Shown: positions 9,862-19,100 of the stretch, one piece after another
Layout of the letters: every line of letters begins with the position of its first letter
Numbering within the stretch: the first letter of the stretch is position 1
Assembly: GCF_000020025.1 (NCBI RefSeq)
Contig: NC_010628.1
Span: 6,090,001-6,122,000 of the forward strand
DNA length: 32,000 nt
Direction of reading: 5' to 3'
Origin: Nostoc punctiforme PCC 73102
GTDB lineage: Bacteria; Cyanobacteriota; Cyanobacteriia; Cyanobacteriales; Nostocaceae
Translations under genes and position numbers: made by a program
The notes under the pieces: generated by a model
Told to the model about the DNA's origin: nothing
Seen by the model: only the letters and a program-made list of their open reading frames with translations
The model's database searches: none

Positions 9862-10212
9862 TTATGAGCGTTCTAATGGCTGGGGAAGATAATCTGAGTC
9901 TTCAGGTGATGTTTGCCGCTTTAAGATTTGGCTTTCCTTTTGAGTGGCATCTACACCTGCTGCGATCGCTTCCCGTAATCGATCTAAAGTCTCATCCCAG
10001 TTTCGTAATGCGCTGGCAGAGAGACGATCTGCTTGGATTTGCACACTCGTTGATAAATCTTCTGCCAATTCTGGGATAGCATTGGCAGATTTCTTCAAGA
10101 TTTTACGCGTTTCGCGCCCTGTACGTGGAGCCACGAGCAAACCGGTTAAAGCACCGATGGTAGCTCCCAGCATCAAACCGCCAATAAATACTCCAGAACG
10201 GTTATTAGACAT
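9862..10212 (-). CDS. YtxH domain protein
   Basis: The N-terminus GVFIGGLMLGATIGALTGLLVAPRTGRETRK is the YtxH signature. Confidence 0.8.
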   Translation of the reverse strand: MSNNRSGVFIGGLMLGATIGALTGLLVAPRTGRETRKILKKSANAIPELAEDLSTSVQIQADRLSASALRNWDETLDRLREAIAAGVDATQKESQILKRQTSPEDSDYLPQPLERS

Positions 10213-10449
10213 ATTGTTGTTTCTCTCCTTACACCTATTTTAGGTGCGTTTTCTCTCCTTGTAAGGCTCACCGATTTTATTCAGTTAATCTATCCTGACA
10301 AAATATCAGCCAAAAATGTTGCTTTTATTCATTAAACATTAAAACCATTAATTACTTATAATTCAAAACTCCCTGCGTCCCTTTTCCACTGTATCTTTGC
10401 GCCCCTGTGTCAGCCCTAATTATAAATGTTCATGTAAGCTTGACATAAC

Positions 10450-10785
10450 TCATTTGGCAACAGTTCTTTTCCCGGATATTAACTCTAGCCTCCGAAAATA
10501 ACGCTGCCAGATTTGCTGTCCTTGCAAAAGTAGACTGATAATTTGTCGCACTTGTTGGATTTGCATTTTTAGCGCTTGATTTTTCTGCCGTAAGTTATAA
10601 ATATTCTCCTGGCTGAGATAAATATTTTCGGGTGCTTTATTTAATACTGTATGAGTACAACTTTCATAAACAGTTAGCGTATCTGCTATATATGCTAGCT
10701 GCTGCTTGAGTTGCCACACTCGCCAAGCCACATAGAGTAGTATCAACGAAATGAGGGTATTAACGAGGATAACTAAAATTACCAT
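10450..10785 (-). CDS. Hypothetical membrane-anchored coiled-coil protein
   Basis: 111-aa ORF with an N-terminal TM and a Q-rich helical remainder. No family recognised. Confidence 0.5.
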   Translation of the reverse strand: MVILVILVNTLISLILLYVAWRVWQLKQQLAYIADTLTVYESCTHTVLNKAPENIYLSQENIYNLRQKNQALKMQIQQVRQIISLLLQGQQIWQRYFRRLELISGKRTVAK

Positions 10786-11376
10786 TGTTTATCTTCACCA
10801 ATATCAGCTTTGAGGAATTGTTCTATATACTTGACTACGAATTTTAGATTTTAGATTTTTTTGGGATGAACCAAAAAATCGCCAATTCACCAATTTTGTA
10901 ACAACTATATGTCCACACCTCGCAAAACCACAGCTACAATTGCCTTAGATTCATAACTCGGTTTGCGAAATCAACCCGTATGCTTAAAAAGCCCCAGTTT
11001 TACTACGTTTCACTCCTTAACCTGATAATCCTAGTCAATTTGCGACCTTTGCGGCATCTAAGCACAATGGCATAGCTCTTCAACATCCTGTGGGAGAACT
11101 ACACTACACTCCTTATTGGAGGCTCCTCAGCATCGCCTTTATTATTGTGCTATTACCTCTACCAGTTTTCCAGTCTGTCGCGTGAAGTTCACTAACATTT
11201 TGCTCGCAAAACCTCGCCAGTGCTTCAAATTGCTGGATGTGCGGTGGAGACAAGGAAAGTGGGAAAGGAAAGAGTCCATTAATTCCTCTTCCCTTATACA
11301 ATTTTCATAGCCGATGGCTTGCCCCTGTTCCCTTAACCTTCTTGTTGAAGGCTTCTCCCTGGTATTTCACTAATTC

Positions 11377-11394
11377 GTTACTAATAATGATTAC
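11377..11394. promoter_or_regulatory. Candidate Fur/Zur-family operator upstream of the metal-binding lipoprotein gene
   Basis: GTTACTAATAATGATTAC contains TAATAATGATTA, which is 10/12 self-complementary and matches 11/15 positions of the TGATAATnATTATCA-type box. It lies 30 nt upstream of the ATG at 11424. Confidence 0.3.
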
Positions 11395-11423
11395 TTTTTC
11401 TCTATATCCAGTAGAAGGTAAGG

Positions 11424-12416
11424 ATGTCAAAAAAATTACCATCAACTAATTCCTTCCGAGCCATTTTAGTTGCTTTGACAATTGGATTTGTTGGGTGTGG
11501 AAATCAAACTGCAAGAACTGCATTTACTCAAACTACCACCCCGGTAAATGAGAACCTTCCTCAAGTTGTAGCAACAACAAGTGTACTATGTGATTTAACC
11601 AAGCAAGTTGCTGGGGATACAGTTAACCTCACCTGCTTAATTGACCCTAGTGCCGATCCTCATACTTATAAGCCAAAGCCGGAAGATCGCAGAGCCATTG
11701 AGCAAGCTAATCTTATTCTCTATAGTGGCTATAATTTAGAACCAAATCTGATCAAATTAATTAAAGCGACTAAAAACACTGTACCGAGAATAGCTGTTGG
11801 GCAACTTGCGGTATCTAAGCCACAAAAATTTCAGAAAGACGGCAAGAATTTAATTAATCCTCATCTTTGGCACAATACCAAGAATGCTATCAGAATGGTG
11901 CAGGTAATTAATAGTAATCTGAGAAAACTAGAATCTAGTAATGCAGAAACTTATAACAGTAATACCAAAAAGATTACAAATGAACTCACTCAACTAGATA
12001 GTTGGATTAAGTCAACAATTACGAGTATTCCTGCCAAAGAACGTAAGTTAGTTACAACATCTAATGCACTTAGTTATTACGCTAAAGCATACAGTATTCC
12101 ATTAGCAGGGGGATTACAAGGTATTAGTACTGGCGAAAACTTAACAGCAACACGAATGAAAAATTTGGTTGCAAATATTAAACAAACTCAAGTATCAACA
12201 ATTTTTTCTGACGCGGCAACTAACGAGAATTCACTTCAATCTGTAGCGAAAGTTGCTGAAGTGAAAATTTCTGATAGAAAGTTATATGTTGAGGGGCTTG
12301 GTGAACCAGGAACCGAGGCAGATACTTATCAGAAAATGATGATCGCCAATACACGTACAATTGTAGAAGGATTAGGAGGAACGTATTTAATGTTTCAAGC
12401 GAGAGCTGCTAATTAG
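11424..12416 (+). CDS. TroA/ZnuA/MntC-family (cluster 9) metal ABC transporter substrate-binding lipoprotein
   Basis: Lipobox LTIGFVGC, plus the motifs DPHTYKP, NPHLWH and IFSDAATN. Confidence 0.85.
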   Translation: MSKKLPSTNSFRAILVALTIGFVGCGNQTARTAFTQTTTPVNENLPQVVATTSVLCDLTKQVAGDTVNLTCLIDPSADPHTYKPKPEDRRAIEQANLILYSGYNLEPNLIKLIKATKNTVPRIAVGQLAVSKPQKFQKDGKNLINPHLWHNTKNAIRMVQVINSNLRKLESSNAETYNSNTKKITNELTQLDSWIKSTITSIPAKERKLVTTSNALSYYAKAYSIPLAGGLQGISTGENLTATRMKNLVANIKQTQVSTIFSDAATNENSLQSVAKVAEVKISDRKLYVEGLGEPGTEADTYQKMMIANTRTIVEGLGGTYLMFQARAAN

Positions 12417-12437
12417 TTATAATTTAGATTAATGAAT

Positions 12438-12483
12438 CTGATAAACCGAAGTTTTTTAGACTACAGGAACTTTGGTTTATCAG
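12438..12483. terminator. Intergenic hairpin between convergent genes (probable bidirectional terminator)
   Basis: CTGATAAACCGAAGTT-14 nt-AACTTTGGTTTATCAG, a 16-bp stem with one mismatch (G.U on one strand). Confidence 0.5.
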
Positions 12484-12512
12484 CCTATTTCTGGAAGATG
12501 AAAAGATGAATG

Positions 12513-13046
12513 CTATTTGTCTTTGAGTCTGATATCAATAACAGTTGCATTGAAGTTGTAGTTAAAGCCTTCCAACTCAAATGGCATTCCAATTTTAACT
12601 TTACTGTTACCTAGAACGGGTCCATTGTCAGTAACCTGGGCTTTACCGTCTAGAGTCAAAAGTAAATCTGTACTAAAATTGTTGGTTTTTGGATCTGGTA
12701 ATTCTTTTACACTGCCATCAGGTTGGAAAACATTGACTGTTCTAGGTAGCTGTTGAATGGATTTAATTTCAATCTGCCCATAAGGTTGATTGCGGATAAT
12801 CACATTAGTCTTTCCACCTTTTTTTAATCCGTTATTAAATAATTGCTCAGGGTCACGGACATTCAACCCACGAACTACTAAATCTACTTCTATAGGTATT
12901 GTTTTCGCACCAACTTGGGCAACAGAACCAGAAGTTCCAGGAAAGACAAAGATGCCGAATATCACTAGCAGAATTACCAGTGCAGCACCTAAATCTAAGA
13001 GGTTGATTTTGCCGAACAAGCGACCTTTTGAATCTAAAATAGCCAT
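12513..13046 (-). CDS. DUF4330-like protein
   Basis: I place the start at the internal Met (MAILDSKGRLFGKINLLDLGAALVILLVIFGIFVF), which begins the conserved-looking N-terminus and TM. The 43 codons upstream in the ORF track look like a spurious extension. Confidence 0.7.
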   Translation of the reverse strand: MAILDSKGRLFGKINLLDLGAALVILLVIFGIFVFPGTSGSVAQVGAKTIPIEVDLVVRGLNVRDPEQLFNNGLKKGGKTNVIIRNQPYGQIEIKSIQQLPRTVNVFQPDGSVKELPDPKTNNFSTDLLLTLDGKAQVTDNGPVLGNSKVKIGMPFELEGFNYNFNATVIDIRLKDK

Positions 13047-13442
13047 AAAAATCTTTCCGAGGTAATAGCGAAGTAATTGATTGTAGCAAGAAGACTTTCG
13101 ATGAAAACGGCAATTTTTCCTATTTGGTAATAACTCAAGGCGGCTGGGCGTTGCAGTTATGCGACAGTTTATCACGAGTTTCGTAAGTTAGCAGGGGTGG
13201 GGCAGCTAACCCTAAAACTTTTGCCCGTTCAGACTGACGCACCCAGAAAGTAATATCTAGTGTTTAAGCCTATCTCTAGAGGGAATCTTTAGTCCACCAC
13301 ACTTCAGTAGATTTGCGTAAGCATTAGCTGTATCACAACTCATTTGCTATTGAGTTAAGAATGCAACTTAGAATCCTCTAAATCCGTCTCCTAATTTGTC
13401 CGATTATTTTATGTCCTCCCAAAATAATATTCAGAGCTTATT

Positions 13443-14306
13443 ATGTTCAATTGGAAAGTTTTTGTTGCAAATTACCGAGTGTGGCGGCGTAGCTGGTTTT
13501 ATCCTTTAATTTCAGTGGTAGTTGCCCTGAGCCTGTGCCTGAGTACACCCGTGCCTGGAAGAGCTTTAGATTTCTTGCCTCTTCTACTCCAAGGAGTTCA
13601 GGCATTTCAGCTTTCTAATATATCCCCTAACCAAGAAGTTGATCTTGGTAAGCAGATTAATCAGGAATTAGTTGGCAGTCAAGTGCGACTTTACCGTAAT
13701 CCCGAAGTTAATCGCTATGTAGAACAAGTTGGTCGGCGTTTAGCAGTCAATAGCGATCGCCCGAATCTTCCTTATACCTTTCAGGTAGTTGAGGATGACA
13801 GTATTAATGCTTTTGCTACCTTGGGTGGCTATGTCTATGTTCATACAGGTTTGCTGAAAACTGCAGACAATGAAGCGGAACTAGCAAGTGTACTCGCCCA
13901 TGAAATTGGTCACATTGGCGGTAAACACGTAGTTAAACAGATGCAGCAAAAAGCGCTCGAAAGTGGTCTATTATCAGCAGCTGGCTTAGATCGAAATACG
14001 GCGGTGCAAATTGGTGTACAGTTAGCGCGAGACTTGCCACGCAGTCGTAACAATGAATTTGAGGCAGATCAAAGAGGGTTACGAACTTTGACACGGACTG
14101 GTTACGCCCAGTCTGCAATGGTTTCCTTTATGCAAAAGCTGCTGAAAAAGGGTGGTTCTGCTCCAACATTTTTAAGTACCCACCCCGGAACGAGCGATCG
14201 CATTGATGCCCTCAGACGTGCAATTAACTCCCAACCTAGTAATGGAAATTATGGGTTGGATAATGGTAGTTATAAAGCTAATATTCGACCATTAGTAAGG
14301 TCTTGA
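13443..14306 (+). CDS. M48-family zinc metallopeptidase
   Basis: HEIGHIGGKH (HExxH) with the downstream motif NEFEADQRG, and a signal/TM segment at the N-terminus. Confidence 0.85.
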   Translation: MFNWKVFVANYRVWRRSWFYPLISVVVALSLCLSTPVPGRALDFLPLLLQGVQAFQLSNISPNQEVDLGKQINQELVGSQVRLYRNPEVNRYVEQVGRRLAVNSDRPNLPYTFQVVEDDSINAFATLGGYVYVHTGLLKTADNEAELASVLAHEIGHIGGKHVVKQMQQKALESGLLSAAGLDRNTAVQIGVQLARDLPRSRNNEFEADQRGLRTLTRTGYAQSAMVSFMQKLLKKGGSAPTFLSTHPGTSDRIDALRRAINSQPSNGNYGLDNGSYKANIRPLVRS

Positions 14307-14428
14307 GGGAATGGGGAATTGGGAATTGGGGAACTTGTACTGAGCGCAGTCGTAAAGCCTGCGGCATAGCTACGCTTAGGGCGTAGCCTCTCGTTAGAGA
14401 AGTATGGGGAATGGGGAATTGGGAATTG
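14307..14428. repeat. Small dispersed repeat insertion flanked by a 22-bp direct repeat
   Basis: GGGAATGGGGAATTGGGAATTG occurs at 14307-14328 and again at 14407-14428, exactly 100 bp apart. The 78-bp core between them carries palindromic GCCTGCGGCATAGCTACGCTTAGGGCGTAGCCTCTCGTTAGAGAAG. Confidence 0.7.
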
Positions 14429-14489
14429 CTTACTCCCCTTGTCTCGCTAATCTTCCACATCTTTCCCTCCACCTCATCTCGAATATTGT

Positions 14490-15245
14490 TTAATTTTTAT
14501 TGCGGCGATCGACTTTGATTTTGGCTGGATTAACGGTAATTACAGCCTCTTCTAAAGGGAGAGTACGAAGATAGTTTTTAAAAATGTTAACTTGATAAAC
14601 CAGGTTATTCGTTACATCCAGTCCAGTCAACCAGCCACTCCGGGGATGATAAGCGCCAGTATCTATGTCTAGCCATCCCTGTCCTTGTGCCAGTTTCCCA
14701 GGAGAAACACCAGGCAGAGTAAAAGTAATCGTGTGACCGATGATAATAAGCTTATCTGGAAAGTAGGGTTTTTCGATGCTGTGAAATTCCTCTCGTATCC
14801 AGCAGAGTTGATCGGCAGTTTGTTCTGTCACCAACTTGGAAGGGTCAACCCCAGCATGAGTTAACCAAATATCCCCCAAGTCGAGATATGTAGGCAAACT
14901 CTTGAACCAATCCAGATGGTCATCGGGGATTGAAGCCTCGTGGTAACTGGCTACGGTAGCTTGCCCTCCACTATACAACCATGCTTGCATCGTCGGGGAG
15001 GAAGTTCTTTCATTAGTCAAAATGTTTAATAACATCTGCTCATGATTTCCCAGCAAACATGGGTAGTTATGTCGTTTGACAAAATTAACTACTTGTGAGC
15101 TATGAGGCCCGCGATCGATTAAGTCTCCCAAAAAATAGATTTGATCGTCTGACGTGGGAGCGATCGCCTCCAACAAAGTCATTAAACCTTCATAGTGTCC
15201 ATGTACATCCCCAATTACTATTCGTCTGGGGCTAGTTTCGCTCAT
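14490..15245 (-). CDS. Metallophosphoesterase (PPP-family Ser/Thr phosphatase, PrpE/ApaH-like)
   Basis: Motifs GDVHGH, GDLIDRGP and GNHE are present in the correct order. Confidence 0.85.
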   Translation of the reverse strand: MSETSPRRIVIGDVHGHYEGLMTLLEAIAPTSDDQIYFLGDLIDRGPHSSQVVNFVKRHNYPCLLGNHEQMLLNILTNERTSSPTMQAWLYSGGQATVASYHEASIPDDHLDWFKSLPTYLDLGDIWLTHAGVDPSKLVTEQTADQLCWIREEFHSIEKPYFPDKLIIIGHTITFTLPGVSPGKLAQGQGWLDIDTGAYHPRSGWLTGLDVTNNLVYQVNIFKNYLRTLPLEEAVITVNPAKIKVDRRNKN

Positions 15246-15497
15246 TGTCTCTTAGCTTCAATAGTTTTGCTAATACTTCTGCTACAGTTTAAGCTGTCTG
15301 GTTTCCGTAATGAAAGGTAAAAATACTGAACTAAGTTTTATTTTAATTTAATTATTATTCCAGAAATAAATATTATTAATGATGAACATAGAGTAATATG
15401 GACAGTCTTTACTGCTTAGGAAAGAAAATTAGCAAATTCCACTCGCGTTAGCTTAAAATCTAAGCTGTTGCTGTATTTCTAACTTTTTACCTCAACA

Positions 15498-15782
15498 ATG
15501 TCTAAAGATTTTTCTGCTGAGATTAGTTCGCGCATCTGCCAGCACATGAATGACGATCATGCTGATGCCATAGTTCTTTATGCTAAAACTTTTGGTGGTG
15601 TAACAGATGCGATCGCAGCAAAAATGTTGTCAATTGATGCACAAGGTATGGATTTGACAGCGCAAGCCAATGGAGAAACTGTACCAGTTCGCATTCAGTT
15701 CGATCGTGTTTTAGCTGATGCAGAAGATGCTCATCAAACTCTCATTGCGATGGTGAAGCAGGCGCGGGTAAACGCAAAGTAG
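15498..15782 (+). CDS. DUF2470 domain protein
   Basis: 94 aa. ..ICQHMNDDHADAIVLYAK..G.. is the DUF2470 core. Confidence 0.8.
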   Translation: MSKDFSAEISSRICQHMNDDHADAIVLYAKTFGGVTDAIAAKMLSIDAQGMDLTAQANGETVPVRIQFDRVLADAEDAHQTLIAMVKQARVNAK

Positions 15783-15803
15783 AAATTGGTATAATTGTAT
15801 TCA

Positions 15804-15831
15804 GTAGGGGCAATTCATGAATTGCCCCTAC
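15804..15831. repeat. Perfect palindromic element GTAGGGGCAATTCATGAATTGCCCCTAC (may also terminate the DUF2470 gene)
   Basis: 12-bp arms around CATG, located 22 nt after the stop codon. The same element occurs in interrupted form at 25765-25860. Confidence 0.6.
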
Positions 15832-15935
15832 CTGAGAATAAGGTTTTCAGCTATTGTTTGTGTAAGTCCTGTGTATGACTAATGTTGACTTCTACCCTGC
15901 CTGAAAGTCAGGAGATTGTATTCTAAATTGATAGT

Positions 15936-16080
15936 AAGGGACTTCCAAATAAAACAATATCCCAAAACTAACGCAAATAATTCTCTCTATCTCTTCTGCC
16001 TCAGTGTCTCTGTGGTAGCCTGCGGCAAGCGGCTTTGCGTCTACGTTTATTTGGATAATTTATTTCTTGGAAGTCCCTAA
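15936..16080. mobile_element. MITE-like element (about 145 bp) with terminal inverted repeats
   Basis: AAGGGACTTCCAA at 15936-15948 pairs with TTGGAAGTCCCT at 16067-16078. The interior has TCTCTG-type and GCCTGCGGCAAGCGGC motifs seen in the other small repeats of this window. Confidence 0.45.
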
Positions 16081-16120
16081 ATGGTGGTCTAAAGACCGCC
16101 ATTGCGCTTCATGTTAGCTG

Positions 16121-19100
16121 TCACCCAGAGATAGCTACTTCTTCCTTGACTACTGCGGTATGAGGCTTGGCTTGAATAATTTCAAATTTCCAGTCTGAAG
16201 AATAATCAGGTAAATCATAGGCAACACTCTTAACATGAGCCAGCATCAACTCATCCCGTTGATGCCAAACAGCAAATATGCTTTTCCTGCCATCGTCAAG
16301 CGTTTCTAGGTCGATTTTATAAACCTCATTTACCCGCTTTAGTTTCAAGCCCAACAAATTTAATAGTCGGCTGAGTATTTTTATTGCCGAAACCTGCTCT
16401 TTTTCCCCGACTAAGTTAATACCAAGTGCTCTTTTAATATGCTTACTGTGCTGAAACACAACATTTTTAAGCATTATTAAATCTGGATTACTCTCGGTAA
16501 ACTCTCGTTCTGCTTCGAGAAATTGAAGCATTCCCAACGCTCTCATCGCTTCAACTTTGAGCGTATAAGTTTTTAAATCTGGCAGAAAAACTTTCCCTTC
16601 ACCCCAAGATAATTGCTGATGCCATTCTTGTTGATCTCTGACGTGAAAATACTCGCTTTCGTGAGTTAGGTAATAGTGAATTAACAGTTGACGATAATAT
16701 CCTTGATCGTCTTGCAATTTCAGCCAAGGAGTAACTTCTACACCATACCTTTGTGTGAGAACATATTTATTGATTTGGTTACGTTCTCCATCAGTTAGAG
16801 AATGCTTTCCTAATAACTGATCGTATTCTACATAATCGATATCTTTAGCATTAGCTACAGCCTTTGCTACCGATAGTTGATTTTGCTGCTTAATATCTTT
16901 AATTTTGCGTTTAATTTCTTTAGCTTTTTGACGGCTTTGCGCCCAATCTTTCTGAACTTTGACAATTTCTAAAACTAATCTTCTGCGGGTAGCTAAATCA
17001 TCGGCATCAGTTGCCAAAAATGCCAGCCGTAAGTCTCGAATAATATTATTATGAACAGCATTACTACGCATTTGAATTTGATGCCCATCAGCAATTAAAC
17101 CATCTTGCATTGATTGACGGTAGAGGCGGATAGAAGCATTTACCCGTGCAGATAACTTGGCCCAAGTTCGCAAATGAATCGGGTCATGAACTAAAGGTAA
17201 ATCTACATCTATTTTATGTAGTGGACTAAGCAAAGCTAAGTTTTCTTTTTGATTTTCTTGATACCAGTTAGATAGCAAGCGATAATTTGTACTACCACTA
17301 CCAATTAAGCCAATACCTCGTTTCGCACACCAAACAACACGCGGCACATCATCTCGCACTCTCGCTAATGCTTGCCTTGCTTCCGAGTCAGGAATTACCC
17401 CTTGAAAAATGCCATAAACTCGGTCGAAATGTTGGACATCAATACTAATTCCTGTACCAAGACTTGGGGTAACAAAAACGCCATCATATTCAGAGATTTT
17501 TTGATTGATTGCTGCAATAAAATCAACCGCTTCGTGGCCAGGTGTATTTGTAGTATGGCTACTAACTACCAAAGTTTTGGGAAATTGCCGTCGTAATTTT
17601 TGTAAGCGTTCTTTCAGGTAACGTTCGATTGTTTCACAACTGTAACGCCCAGCGCGACTATCGGTAGTAACATAACATTTACGTCCGGCAAGTAAATCTA
17701 ATTCTAATTGGTGAATTAGCGGGGTTGGGTTCGGCGAATCGTAAAAAGTTACATCCCAACCTTGTTGAGGCTTCCATTGGTTGAGAACTACCCAAGGCGT
17801 TAATTTGATTCCTGCTAATCCCTGTAGATATTCAAGTGATACATCTGATAAATCAGCATCTTGGGCAATTACTAAACCCCCAGTTGTTAAAACTGTGGAA
17901 ATTAGTTGCTGGAATAATCTTAATATTTTTACACGTTTATGCTTACAAGTATTACTGTTTAGTAGATGCCATAAAGATTGCTCTACTTCATCTAAAATTA
18001 TTATTGCCCCGTGCCAATTTCCAGGATTAAGCTTCCAAATGGAATCAACGCACAGTCCAAGGGATTGCTGTGGAGAGAGTGAACGGAGGATGGGAGGAGC
18101 GGGGGTAAGTGTTTTATTAATCCTTTTATCCCCATTTTCTTTATGTGTTCCCCATTGAATACCAATTTTTTCGCACAAAAATCGTCCTAGTAAAATTCTG
18201 TGAGTAATTAATAAAACGGGTTGATTTCTAATTTTTGCTTGCTGAACAACGGCTTGCAGTGCTGTAGTTTTACCTGTTCCTTTGGCAGACTTGACTCCTA
18301 CTAATCCAGAAGTTGGAAAAGGGATTTCACCTATGAAAGGTCGATTCAAGGTGAGAGCAGCAGGAATAGTTAACTCAGTATGGGGTTTTGTTTGAGCAAG
18401 ATAAATTTCTAAATCAACACTTTGCCGATAAATTTTCTCGAAACTAGTTGCACCTTTCGCAACGATAAACTCATCAACTCCTTTTTCGATTCCTGGAAGT
18501 TCGATGACTTTAACAGTGCAATTTTTTTGTTGGAATAAACAACCAAGTTGAGAAATGGCATTATTTACAGCAGCAATTGTTTTAGGTTGAGTTTCAAAAT
18601 CAAAGCAAATATAAAAGCTACGCTTTGTAATTGCAAACGCTGCTAAGTCAGGAATTAGCTGACGACGGGTAACTTTGCCAAATTCATCTTTAACAATCCG
18701 ATAACCACTAGTAATTCCAGGAATGGCAATAGCTACATATCCTTGCGTCAACAGTGTGGCTGCTTTCTTCACACCCTCACAGAGAATCAGGGGAATGTTC
18801 TGTTGCATCACCCATTGCCAAAAGCCTCTAGCTTCACCATCAGCAGTAATGGTGATATTTTCAGGCATAACCAGATTGTAACGTCCAGCGACTTGCTGCC
18901 ACAATTGCAACGTTACCCGCAAACAAAACACCCGCGTTGGTGTGCTAGGGGGATGCTCGTATTTGATGGACTTAGCATTGTGATTCTGTCGGGGTTGGTT
19001 TGGTTTAAAGCATCCCCATTCCATCATTTGCCAATTATTCAAAGGGTCTAGTCCCGAACACCACCAACCCCCTTCAGTAATATGAGCATAACGCTGCAAC

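Noticed and set aside
8257-10243. Alternative-frame and antisense ORFs within the TPM, DUF948 and YtxH genes
   Set aside because: Each is nested in a better-supported ORF that has clear domain motifs.
11113-11449. Three overlapping 62-70 aa ORFs on both strands upstream of the metal-binding protein gene
   Set aside because: They are mutually exclusive and have no recognisable family. The minus-strand one (..HIQQFEALARFCEQNVSELHATDWKTGR..) could be a gene relic, but I cannot support that without a search.
14307-14428. Possible CRISPR array, suggested by the repeated 22-mers and the heptamer tracts elsewhere
   Set aside because: There are only two copies, the repeats are not of CRISPR length or structure, there is no array of spacers, and no cas genes are in the window.
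14278-14472. 64-aa minus-strand ORF across the M48/phosphatase spacer
   Set aside because: It is composed almost entirely of the 22-bp direct repeats and the palindromic small repeat, which explains the repeated FPIPH in the peptide. It is a repeat artefact, not a gene.
17372-19051. Plus-strand ORFs (64-125 aa) inside the rep gene
   Set aside because: These are shadow ORFs antisense to the 1051-aa ORF, with no recognisable motifs.
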